Shown here: piece after piece, positions 1 through 7,536 of the stretch
Layout: each line of letters starts with the position of its first letter
Position numbering within the stretch: position 1 is the stretch's first letter
Assembly: GCA_004010535.1 (NCBI GenBank)
Contig: RQYE01000009.1
Span: forward strand, 1-32,000
Direction of reading: 5' to 3'
Length of the DNA stretch: 32,000 nt
Source of the DNA: Coriobacteriales bacterium OH1046
GTDB taxonomy: Bacteria; Actinomycetota; Coriobacteriia; Coriobacteriales; Atopobiaceae
The notes under the pieces: model-generated
What the model was told of the DNA's origin: nothing
The model's input: only the letters and a program-made list of their open reading frames with translations
Database searches by the model: none
Position numbers and translations under genes: made by a program

Positions 1-1
1 G

Positions 2-136
2 CTGGTAAAATACCAGGGGATAGCCAAGGAGGACTTCTACCTCCATCTCAAGGAATGCGAGTTCAGGTTCAACATGAGGGGGCGGGACATGTACAAGTTT
101 CTTCTCAAGGAGTTTCGGGAGAGACCCCTAAACTAG
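2..136 (+). mobile_element. IS1595-family (ISXO2-like DDE) transposase, C-terminal 44 codons only; element continues off the left window edge
   Basis: The frame starting at nt 2 is open from the window edge and reads LVKYQGIAKEDFYLHLKECEFRFNMRGRDMYKFLLKEFRERPLN*. The HLKECEFRFN.R tail is the conserved C-terminus of IS1595/ISXO2-type transposases. It has no start codon in the window, so it is absent from the ORF track. The element end must lie at roughly 137-150, where msrA homology resumes on the other strand. Confidence 0.6.
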
Positions 137-459
137 GCAAGCCCCTTCCAGAATACCCCAGCCTGGTACTGGGTTCCCACATCGAGGGACTGGCGGTTGA
201 CAGCCTCGGGATCGATTACGCGGAAGAACGCGTAGAGCAGCGCATCGACCGAGGTCGAAGCGCTATCGAATGCCACGCGCACCGTCTCTCGGAAGCCCGT
301 CTCGCCCGAGCACACGCGTGCGTACGTGGCATCCTGCCCACCCGTGCCGTTGGCATAGCCGCAGGCCGTGTCGACAACGCCGGGCAACGCCTTCATCAGG
401 TGCTCGACGCCCCAGAAGCAGCCCCCGGCAAGATAGATGGTCTTGATACGCCCTTCCAT
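133..459 (-). pseudogene. msrA: Peptide-methionine (S)-S-oxide reductase MsrA, 3'-truncated by the IS1595 element
   Basis: Starts MEGRIKTIYLAGGCFWGVEHL (catalytic GCFWG motif) and runs to DVGTQYQAGVFW. It then ends after four unrelated residues (KGLA*) exactly at the IS tail. The C-terminal part of a normal MsrA is missing. Confidence 0.75.
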
Positions 460-469
460 GCTGCACCTC

Positions 470-1237
470 CTAGCGCACTTCGAGGATCACGTACTGGTTG
501 AGCTCGCCCGACGCCCCATCGGCACGGTAGCGCGCCCGCATGCGCGTCCGCGATGCGACGGTCTCGAGCAGGGCATCGATCTCGCTATCGGAAGCATGAT
601 GGCAGAAGCGGAAGGCATCCTCCTCGTCTTGCCATCCCATGAGGTAGTCATCCGGACCCAAGGCGGGCAGCCCGTAGCGCGAGCATGCTGCTGCAGTCGC
701 GTGCCGCGCCTTCCCGAGCAGGCGCCCATCGTGGGCGAATTGCCAGAACGAAACCGCCACGATACCGCCCGGACGCACCTTGCGCACGAGCGTCTCCAAC
801 AACCGCACGCGTTGCACGGGGAGCGGGAGGTGGTGCATGAAGGCAAGGCATACGGCCGCATCGCATGGCGGGGCGTCGAGCGCCGAGACGAGCGCCTCCG
901 GCTCGAGGAGCAGCTCCGCAAGATCGAGATGCTGGTACGAGATGCGCTCATCATCCACCCCGACCATCTCGTCTGCGGCATCGACCGCATGCGAGCGGGC
1001 CTGCGGGTACCGTTCGAAGAGCGCCCGCTCGAAGCGGAGGTTGCCGCAGGCGAGATCGAGGACGCGAGGGGAACCGCCGGTAGAAGGGGCGATGCACGCG
1101 AGCACCCGCTCCCAACCCGGCCAGCCCGCCGCGCGCGTCTTCGAGAAAGATGCGCCCACCTGGCGGTAGAACTCGCCGGTCAATCTGGAGAGCTGCCGTG
1201 CCAGAGCGCGGTTCATGGGTGCGGGTCCCTTCGCCAT
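470..1237 (-). CDS. Class I SAM-dependent methyltransferase (Methyltransf_11 type) with Trm9/ALKBH8-like signatures
   Basis: Motif I is VLDLACGNLRF. AVCLAFMHHLPLPVQRVRLLETLVRKVRPGGIVAVSFWQF and FRFCHHASDSEIDALL resemble Trm9-type signatures (A.IHH....R...L..L.PGG....W..E ; RYYH.F..gEl..L). The track ORF extends to 1348 and would overlap the elp3 start. In-frame ATGs at 1237 and at 1216 (AAGGGA 9 nt upstream) are more plausible, so the start is uncertain. Confidence 0.8.
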   Translation of the reverse strand: MAKGPAPMNRALARQLSRLTGEFYRQVGASFSKTRAAGWPGWERVLACIAPSTGGSPRVLDLACGNLRFERALFERYPQARSHAVDAADEMVGVDDERISYQHLDLAELLLEPEALVSALDAPPCDAAVCLAFMHHLPLPVQRVRLLETLVRKVRPGGIVAVSFWQFAHDGRLLGKARHATAAACSRYGLPALGPDDYLMGWQDEEDAFRFCHHASDSEIDALLETVASRTRMRARYRADGASGELNQYVILEVR

Positions 1238-1251
1238 CAGGGGTTCTACAG

Positions 1252-1257
1252 TATAAT
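1252..1257 (+). promoter_or_regulatory. Candidate -10 box (TATAAT) for a leaderless elp3 transcript, in a very short divergent intergenic region
   Basis: A perfect TATAAT lies at 1252-1257, 8 nt before the elp3 ATG (1266), with no Shine-Dalgarno in between. On the other strand TATACT/TATTAT overlaps the same bases, upstream of the methyltransferase ATG at 1237. Confidence 0.35.
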
Positions 1258-1265
1258 AGCCTGTC

Positions 1266-3047
1266 ATGGAACGCGTCATCCAAGATATCGTCTCTGCGAT
1301 TCGGGCAGCCGGCCGTCCGCTCGACGAGGCATGGCTCGCCAAGCTCATCCGCCGCTACAACAGGGGCGTGCGCGACGTCGCGCGGCACATCGGGAAACAG
1401 CAGCTCCTCGCCTTCTACCGCACGGCCAAGGAGGAAGATGGCCCGCTTTGGCAGAGTTGGGGGATCGGCACCGCAGAAGATCGCCTGATCCTGCGTTCGC
1501 TCACGGTCAAGCCTCGGCGCACGGCATCGGGCGTGGCCACCATCACGGTCCTCACCCTGCCCCATCCCTGCTCGGGCGCCTGCATCTACTGCCCGAATGA
1601 TATCCGCATGCCCAAGAGCTACCTCGCGAACGAACCCGCCTGCCAACGGGCGGAGCGCACCTTCTTCGATCCCTACCTGCAGGTCCGCGCACGCCTTGAC
1701 CTGCTCGAATCGAACGGCCACGTGACCGACAAGATCGAGCTCATCGTGCTGGGAGGCACGTGGAGCGACTATGCCATCCCCTACCAGGTCTGGTTCATAT
1801 CCGAGCTCTTCCGCGCGCTGAACGACAGCGACGAGGAGGCTGGACGCGTCTGCACGATGCGCAGGACATTCTATCGCGACTGCGGGCTCGATGCCGATCC
1901 CAGCGTACTCGCCGAGCAGGTCCGCGATCTGCAGGAACGCGTCGACGCCGGCAGCTGCAGCTATAACCAAGCTGTCGGGGAACTCTACGGGAGCGCTGCT
2001 TGGCAGGATGCGCGCACCATCCAGCACGCGAGCTTCGAGGCGCTCGACGAGCTCCAGCACGTGAACGAGAACGCCCTGCGGCGCGTTGTCGGGCTCTGCG
2101 TGGAGACGAGGCCCGACCTCGTCGACAGCCGTTCGGCCGAGCTCATGCGCCGTCTCGGCTGCACGAAGATCCAGATCGGCATCCAAAGCCTCGACCAGGA
2201 GACCCTCGATGCGTGCGGCAGGCACATGGCTGCGGGGCAGATCGCCCGCGCGTTCGCGATCCTGCGCCTCTTCGGCTTCAAGATCCTCGCGCACATGATG
2301 GCGAACCTCGTGGGTGCCACGCCCGAGCGGGATAAGCGCGACTACGAGCGCCTCGTACGCGATCCGCGGTTCCTCCCCGACGAGGTCAAGCTCTACCCTT
2401 GCGTCCTGGTGGAGAGCGCCGCCCTCACGCACCTCTACCGGCAGGGCCTCTGGCACCCCTATCCCGAGGATGTCCTCGTGGACGTGTTGGCGGCAGATGT
2501 CGCTGCAACCCCCGCCTATGTGCGCATCTCGCGTATGATCCGCGACATCTCCTCCGGCGACATCGTCGCCGGCAACACGAGGACCAATCTGCGCCAGATG
2601 GTCGACGGGCAGGGAAAGGATGCCGGCTCGAAGATCGTCGAGATACGCCAGCGCGAGATCGCGACCGAGGACATATCCGCGGACGACCTGCATCTCGCCT
2701 GCATACCCTACACGACAACCGTGAGCGAGGAGCGCTTCCTCCAATGGGTGACCGCCGATGGTGCCATCGCGGGGTTCCTGCGGCTCTCGCTGCCCCATCG
2801 CCGGGGGGCTGCGATGATCCGCGAGGTCCACATCTACGGGCGCGTTGCCGGGCTGGGATCATCCGAGGAAGGCGGCGCGCAGCACATCGGCCTCGGAAGG
2901 CGGCTCGTCGAAGAGGCCTGCCGGCAGGCGCGCGCGGCAGGATACCATGGGATCCGCGTCATCAGCTCCGTGGGCACGCGTGCGTATTACCGCAAGCTCG
3001 GGTTTATCGATGATGGGCTCTACCAGATGCGCACGATCGGAGCGTAA
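1266..3047 (+). CDS. elp3: Elp3-type tRNA uridine(34) carboxymethyl-modification enzyme (radical SAM domain + C-terminal GNAT acetyltransferase)
   Basis: 593 aa. The radical-SAM cluster motif CSGACIYCP (CxxxCxxC) follows RRTASGVATITVLT, with IELIVLGGTWS and KIQIGIQSLD further on. The C-terminal GNAT reads HIGLGRRLVEEACRQARAAGYHGIRVISSVGTRAYYRKLGF. Length and architecture are those of Elp3. Confidence 0.85.
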   Translation: MERVIQDIVSAIRAAGRPLDEAWLAKLIRRYNRGVRDVARHIGKQQLLAFYRTAKEEDGPLWQSWGIGTAEDRLILRSLTVKPRRTASGVATITVLTLPHPCSGACIYCPNDIRMPKSYLANEPACQRAERTFFDPYLQVRARLDLLESNGHVTDKIELIVLGGTWSDYAIPYQVWFISELFRALNDSDEEAGRVCTMRRTFYRDCGLDADPSVLAEQVRDLQERVDAGSCSYNQAVGELYGSAAWQDARTIQHASFEALDELQHVNENALRRVVGLCVETRPDLVDSRSAELMRRLGCTKIQIGIQSLDQETLDACGRHMAAGQIARAFAILRLFGFKILAHMMANLVGATPERDKRDYERLVRDPRFLPDEVKLYPCVLVESAALTHLYRQGLWHPYPEDVLVDVLAADVAATPAYVRISRMIRDISSGDIVAGNTRTNLRQMVDGQGKDAGSKIVEIRQREIATEDISADDLHLACIPYTTTVSEERFLQWVTADGAIAGFLRLSLPHRRGAAMIREVHIYGRVAGLGSSEEGGAQHIGLGRRLVEEACRQARAAGYHGIRVISSVGTRAYYRKLGFIDDGLYQMRTIGA

Positions 3048-3093
3048 GGGCTTATACTGCTGGCGAGCCGAAAACCGCATAGAGGAGGCAGCT

Positions 3094-3591
3094 ATGGCAG
3101 AGACGATGGATAGGATCGCAAGTTTCCAGATGAACCACCTCATCCTGGAACCCGGCATATACATCTCGCGCATCGACCGCGATCCCGCGACGGGTTCGGC
3201 TGTCACCACCTTCGACCTGCGTATGACGCGCCCCAACCGCGAACCCGTCATGGACACCGGTGCCATCCACACCATCGAGCACCTGCTCGCCACCCATCTG
3301 CGCAACAGCGCCGCATGGAAGGACCGCGTGATCTATGCCGGTCCCATGGGCTGCAGGACCGGCTTCTACCTGGTGATGTTCGGCGAGCTCGCGAGCACGG
3401 AGGTGCTCGGGCCCGTCCGCGACGCCTTCCGCTTCATCGCGGACTTCGAGGGCGAGATCCCGGGCGCCCGCCCCGAGCAATGCGGCAACTACAACGATCA
3501 GAACCTCGACGAGGCTCGTTGGGAGGCTCGGCGCTACCTTGAGCGCGCGCTCGAGAATCCCCGTCCCGACCAGCTTGCGTACCGGGATTAG
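3094..3591 (+). CDS. luxS: S-ribosylhomocysteine lyase LuxS
   Basis: 165 aa with the metal-binding HTIEHL motif and GCRTGFY. A GAGGAGG RBS lies at 3083-3089. The track start at 2845 is a spurious upstream extension overlapping elp3. Confidence 0.92.
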   Translation: MAETMDRIASFQMNHLILEPGIYISRIDRDPATGSAVTTFDLRMTRPNREPVMDTGAIHTIEHLLATHLRNSAAWKDRVIYAGPMGCRTGFYLVMFGELASTEVLGPVRDAFRFIADFEGEIPGARPEQCGNYNDQNLDEARWEARRYLERALENPRPDQLAYRD

Positions 3592-3615
3592 CCGCATAGG
3601 GCACAGGAGGCCGCC

Positions 3616-4452
3616 ATGTCGTCAGCACGTACCGAGAGCATCTTCATCTCCGTCGAGAAGGGCATCCAGATCCATGCATGGGATGCGGGCGCTGAAGATG
3701 CACCGGCCCTCGTCTTCATCCCCGGACTCACCTTCTCGGGCGAGGTCTTCATGAACCAGCTCGAGCACTTCCGCGACCGTTACCGCGTGGTGCTCGTCGA
3801 TCCGCGCGGCCAAGGCCTCTCCACCAAGTGCCCGATGGGCAACGACTACCAGACCCATGGCGCCGACCTCATCAAGGTGGTTGCGGCGCTCGGCATCGAG
3901 AAGCCCACGCTCATCGGTTGGAGCTGCGGCAACCTCGAGGCATGGAGCTATCTGGAGCAGGCGGGCGTGGATTCCGCCGCCGGCTGCGTGACGGTCGACA
4001 TGAGCCCGCTGCCCCACAGCGAGGATCCGTCCGCATGGACGGAGGGCTCGCCGGCAGAGCTTTCCGAGGTGATGACGCGCGTACTCATCGATCCCGAGAG
4101 CAGCCGCGCCTTCTGGGACGAGTACCTGCGCGGAGTCATGTGGGAAGGCCCGATCGCGCCCGAGGAATACGACTACTTCATGGATATGGGCGCCCGCACG
4201 CCCTCCTGGATAGCGCACGAGCTCTTCGGCGATGCGATCCTCTCAGACTACCGGGCCATCGCGCAGGAAGCGGCCAGGAAGATCCCCACGCTCATGTTCA
4301 TCGCCAAGCACTGGGCGGATGTTGCCGTACCCTGGTACCGCACCCTCTGTCCCGAGACGCCCATCCACGTGATGGGAGGGCATCTCATGGCCGCGCAGTA
4401 CCCCGACGAGTTCAACGCGCGCCTCGAGGAGTTCCTCGCCACGGGCAGGTAA
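3616..4452 (+). CDS. Alpha/beta-fold hydrolase
   Basis: 278 aa with the nucleophile elbow GWSCG (G-x-S-x-G), ALVFIPGLTFSG near the N-terminus and a C-terminal MGGH. AGGAGG RBS at 3605-3610. Co-directional with elp3-luxS, with gaps of only 46 and 24 bp. Confidence 0.8.
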   Translation: MSSARTESIFISVEKGIQIHAWDAGAEDAPALVFIPGLTFSGEVFMNQLEHFRDRYRVVLVDPRGQGLSTKCPMGNDYQTHGADLIKVVAALGIEKPTLIGWSCGNLEAWSYLEQAGVDSAAGCVTVDMSPLPHSEDPSAWTEGSPAELSEVMTRVLIDPESSRAFWDEYLRGVMWEGPIAPEEYDYFMDMGARTPSWIAHELFGDAILSDYRAIAQEAARKIPTLMFIAKHWADVAVPWYRTLCPETPIHVMGGHLMAAQYPDEFNARLEEFLATGR

Positions 4453-4533
4453 GCCAGGGGCTCGCGTTTTGCCGGATTCCCGCTGCTGCCGAGCACCGTG
4501 GGTGCCCGCGAGCATCCCTTGGGTTGATTTCGC

Positions 4534-4576
4534 GATTTTCCGAGAATGATAGTCTGACTATCATTCTCGGAAAATC
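4534..4576. repeat. 43-bp perfect AT-rich palindrome (21+1+21) between convergent genes
   Basis: GATTTTCCGAGAATGATAGTC-T-GACTATCATTCTCGGAAAATC, checked base by base. The T-run is 5' and the A-run 3' of the stem on both strands, so there is no U-tail. It is not a canonical intrinsic terminator. Confidence 0.9.
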
Positions 4577-4595
4577 CGCCCTGCATGCGCCGGGG

Positions 4596-5726
4596 CTATT
4601 CCTCCGCTTTGCTCCCGTCCCCCATCGCCGCCTCGCGCAGCGCGATCCAACGATCGAGCTCGGCCTTGATGAACGCCGCCGTGGGAACCGCCACGAGCAT
4701 GCCCGCGATACCGCCGATGGCGCTGCCGGCGATCAACGCGGCCACCACGAGCAGGGGATGCACCTCCACAGCCTCGGAGAGCAGGCGCGGGTTGATGACA
4801 TTGCCGTCCACGAACATGACCACGGCGAGCGCGATCACGCCGGCGGCCAGCTTGCCGAAATCGCCCTCCACGAGGCAGACGATGATGGTCGCGCCGAAAC
4901 CCACGGGGCCGCCCACGTAGGGGATGAGGTTCCCCATCCCCGTGAGCATGCCGATGATCGGCCAATACGGCACGTCTATGATGGCGAAGACCAGCGTGGT
5001 GAGCATGCCCACCACGAGCGCATCGACGAATTGGCCGCGTATATAGCCCGAGAATGCATCGTTCGCATCCTCGACGACGAACGAGAGGTCGGGCATCGCA
5101 CGCCCACCGAGGATGGCATTGAACAGGCGCTTGAAGTACCTGACCACCCCCTCGCCGTCGAGCAGGAAATAGATGCCGAAGATGATGGAGAAGACTACCG
5201 TGGTGGCCCCGCCGGTGACCTTGGACACCGCTCCGGTGATGGCACCCGCCGTGTCGCCCCCTAGGGAGATACCGAGTTCTTCGGCCATCATCCTGATGTT
5301 CTCGAGAAGCTCCATGACATCGCCCTCCATCGAATCGAGGATCGATCTCAAGGTCTCGATGGTCACGCTCTCGAGGCTGCGCGTGATGACGAGGAGCAGG
5401 AGCGCGACAAGGCCCACGATGATGGCGGTGAGCAATGCGAAGGTGATGGCGACACTCGCATAGAGCCGTCGCGTATCATCCGCGATGAACCCCCTCCCGA
5501 CGAGGCGCGCGTCGAACCAGCGCACGATGGGAAGCAGGATGTAGCAGATGAGCGCACCCCATATGATGGGTTGGAGGATGGCCTTTCCAAGCGACCATGC
5601 GCCTCCGAGCACCGCGCCCGAATGATAGAGCAGCAGTATCGCTGCGACGACGAGCAGCACCGTCACACCGGCATAGGCGCAGATCTTCAGGTATCTCTCA
5701 TCGAGATGTTTTTTCAACCAGCTCAT
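4596..5726 (-). CDS. AI-2E family transporter (PerM/TqsA-like, UPF0118)
   Basis: Multi-pass membrane protein with the family-typical C-terminal block GNLIPYVGGPVGFGATIIVCLVEG...FVDGNVINPRLLSEAVEVHPLLVVAALIAGSAIGGIAGMLVAVP. Start chosen at ATG 5726 (GAGGA 5 nt upstream). ATGs at 5732 and 5750 are alternatives. Confidence 0.8.
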   Translation of the reverse strand: MSWLKKHLDERYLKICAYAGVTVLLVVAAILLLYHSGAVLGGAWSLGKAILQPIIWGALICYILLPIVRWFDARLVGRGFIADDTRRLYASVAITFALLTAIIVGLVALLLLVITRSLESVTIETLRSILDSMEGDVMELLENIRMMAEELGISLGGDTAGAITGAVSKVTGGATTVVFSIIFGIYFLLDGEGVVRYFKRLFNAILGGRAMPDLSFVVEDANDAFSGYIRGQFVDALVVGMLTTLVFAIIDVPYWPIIGMLTGMGNLIPYVGGPVGFGATIIVCLVEGDFGKLAAGVIALAVVMFVDGNVINPRLLSEAVEVHPLLVVAALIAGSAIGGIAGMLVAVPTAAFIKAELDRWIALREAAMGDGSKAEE

Positions 5727-5746
5727 AGCCATCCTCGATCCAGCTC

Positions 5747-6541
5747 TCACACGCGATTGTAGGCCGCGAAGAATCTCCGCGTCTCGGGGTCGGTCGGATA
5801 GTCCATGACCTCCTCGGGCGATCCGTTCTCGGCTACCTTGCCGCGACGGAGCAGCACGATACGGTCGGCAGCATCGTGTGCGAAGCCCATCTCATGGGTA
5901 GCCATGAGGATCGTCGCGCCCTGGTGCTTGAGCTCGCCGACCATCTCGAGCACCTCGCCCACCAGCAGGGGGTCGAGCGCCGAGGTGATCTCATCCAAGA
6001 GGAGCAGCTCGGGCTCCATCATGAGGGCGCGGCAGATGGCGACGCGCTGTTGCTGGCCACCGGAAAGGCGGTCGGGATACTCCTTAGCCTTCCGCTCCAT
6101 GCCGATGCGCCTGAGCAGCCCCATGGCCTTCTCCTCGGCCTTGTCGCGCGGCCACTTATGGACCTTGCGCGCAGAGAGCGTGACATTATTCAAAACCGTC
6201 ATATGGGAGAAGAGGTTGAACTGCTGGAACACCACGCCGATACGCGCGCGGACCTTATCCTGATCGATGCGCGGATCGGTGATGTCGGTGGCGCCCAGCC
6301 AAATCTGGCCATCGTCGACGCGCTCGAGCAGGTTCACGCATTTCATGATCGTGGACTTGCCCGAACCGGACGCGCCCAGAAGAGCCACCGTCTCGTGCTT
6401 GCGCACGTCGAAGGAGATGTGATCGAGGACGGTGTTGTCCCCAAAGCGCTTGACCACGTTATCGATGCGCAGGACCTTCTCGCCGAACACGGGCGCGGCA
6501 TGCTCGGCGGAGATCGGACGATCGTGCTTCTCGTCTGCCAT
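5747..6541 (-). CDS. Polar amino-acid ABC transporter, ATP-binding subunit (GlnQ-like)
   Basis: Walker A GASGSGKST, signature LSGGQQQRVAICRAL, Walker B LLLLDEITSALD, H-loop ATHEM. The start overlaps the permease stop by 1 nt (TGATG). Confidence 0.9.
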   Translation of the reverse strand: MADEKHDRPISAEHAAPVFGEKVLRIDNVVKRFGDNTVLDHISFDVRKHETVALLGASGSGKSTIMKCVNLLERVDDGQIWLGATDITDPRIDQDKVRARIGVVFQQFNLFSHMTVLNNVTLSARKVHKWPRDKAEEKAMGLLRRIGMERKAKEYPDRLSGGQQQRVAICRALMMEPELLLLDEITSALDPLLVGEVLEMVGELKHQGATILMATHEMGFAHDAADRIVLLRRGKVAENGSPEEVMDYPTDPETRRFFAAYNRV

Positions 6542-7398
6542 CAGACCATGCCCCCCGTCTGCTCGCGCTTGCGGAGCTTGGCGGAGTACCAGTCGTTCAG
6601 GAGGATGAAGGGCACGCTCATGAGGATGAAGAGCACGCTCGCCACCACATAGGGCGTGAAATTGTAGGTCTTGGCGACCACGATCTGCGCGGCGCGGACC
6701 GCGTCGATGGCACCGAGCGTGGAGATCAGGCCCACATCCTTCTGCATGGCGATGAAATCGTTCATAAGGGCGGGAGCGATCTTGCGGAGCGCCTGCGGGA
6801 TGATGACGAGACGCATGGTCTGGCCCGTGGTCAGGCCCAGCGAGCGCGCGGACGCGCGCTGGGACGGATGGACATCCTCGAAGCCGGCGCGCAGGACCTC
6901 GGCGATATAGGCGGAGTAGGACATGACCACGGCGACGGTGCCGAGGACGGCCTTATCGATACGGCCGAAGAGGTCGAGTCCCGGAATGCCGAAGCCGATG
7001 AGGTAGAGCACGACGATCATGGGGATACCGCGCATGATCGTGGTGTAGAAGCGCGCCACGACGCGCAGGGGGAACATGACCGCCGAGGTGGTGATGCGAA
7101 TGAGCGCAAGCGAGGTTCCCAGCACCGCAACGCCTGCAAGCGCGACGATGAGCACGCGGATGTTCAGCAAAAGGCCCTCGACGACCTGGGGCCATGCGAG
7201 CGCGAAGTACTCGGCGGAGAAGAACGATTCCTTGACGCGCGGCCAGCCGGGCGAGCTCTTCAGGACCGCTACGACGAGCGCGACGAAGATGATCGTCGAT
7301 ACGATGCTCGTGGCAACGGAGCGCATGCTCTCCTTGCGACGAAACCCAGCACGTTCGCGCTCGACTTCGCTGACCTGCTGGACAGGGATATCAGGCAT
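6541..7398 (-). CDS. Polar amino-acid ABC transporter permease
   Basis: His/Glu/Gln/Arg-type permease features (EAARSLG-like ASARSLGLTTGQTMRLVIIPQALR), with multiple TM segments. Start chosen at ATG 7398 (MPDIPVQQ). The track start at 7512 adds an Ala/Pro/Arg-rich extension. Confidence 0.85.
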   Translation of the reverse strand: MPDIPVQQVSEVERERAGFRRKESMRSVATSIVSTIIFVALVVAVLKSSPGWPRVKESFFSAEYFALAWPQVVEGLLLNIRVLIVALAGVAVLGTSLALIRITTSAVMFPLRVVARFYTTIMRGIPMIVVLYLIGFGIPGLDLFGRIDKAVLGTVAVVMSYSAYIAEVLRAGFEDVHPSQRASARSLGLTTGQTMRLVIIPQALRKIAPALMNDFIAMQKDVGLISTLGAIDAVRAAQIVVAKTYNFTPYVVASVLFILMSVPFILLNDWYSAKLRKREQTGGMV

Positions 7399-7536
7399 TC
7401 TGGGAATCACCTCTTCGGCCGAGGCTCGGTATAACGGGAACGCGCGGGGGACATGCCCCTGTTGCCGTGGCACGTTTGCTGCGGCTGCAGGGGCATGTCC
7501 CTCTTCATGCATCGTATCCGGTCGCTTGGCGTCCCC

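Noticed and set aside
951-2831. 626-aa ORF on the minus strand spanning most of elp3
   Set aside because: It is antisense to a gene with unambiguous Elp3 motifs. The translation is Arg/Ala/Gly/Pro-rich with no recognisable domain. This is the typical open antisense frame of high-GC DNA.
2845-3093. Upstream extensions of several track ORFs: luxS from 2845, mtnN from 8563, oxidoreductase from 16731, DUF62-1 to 10583, adhesin to 27567, and others
   Set aside because: The extensions overlap neighbouring genes or are low-complexity. Internal ATGs coincide with family N-termini and with good Shine-Dalgarno sequences, and in two cases with ATGA coupling.
4534-4576. Calling the 43-bp palindrome a canonical bidirectional rho-independent terminator
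   Set aside because: The T-run precedes and the A-run follows the stem on both strands, so no U-tail is produced. It is reported as an unexplained palindrome.
3828-5264. 478-aa plus-strand ORF overlapping the hydrolase 3' half and antisense to the AI-2E transporter
   Set aside because: It is out of frame with the well-supported hydrolase and antisense to a clear membrane transporter. Its composition is low-complexity and Arg/His/Gly-rich.
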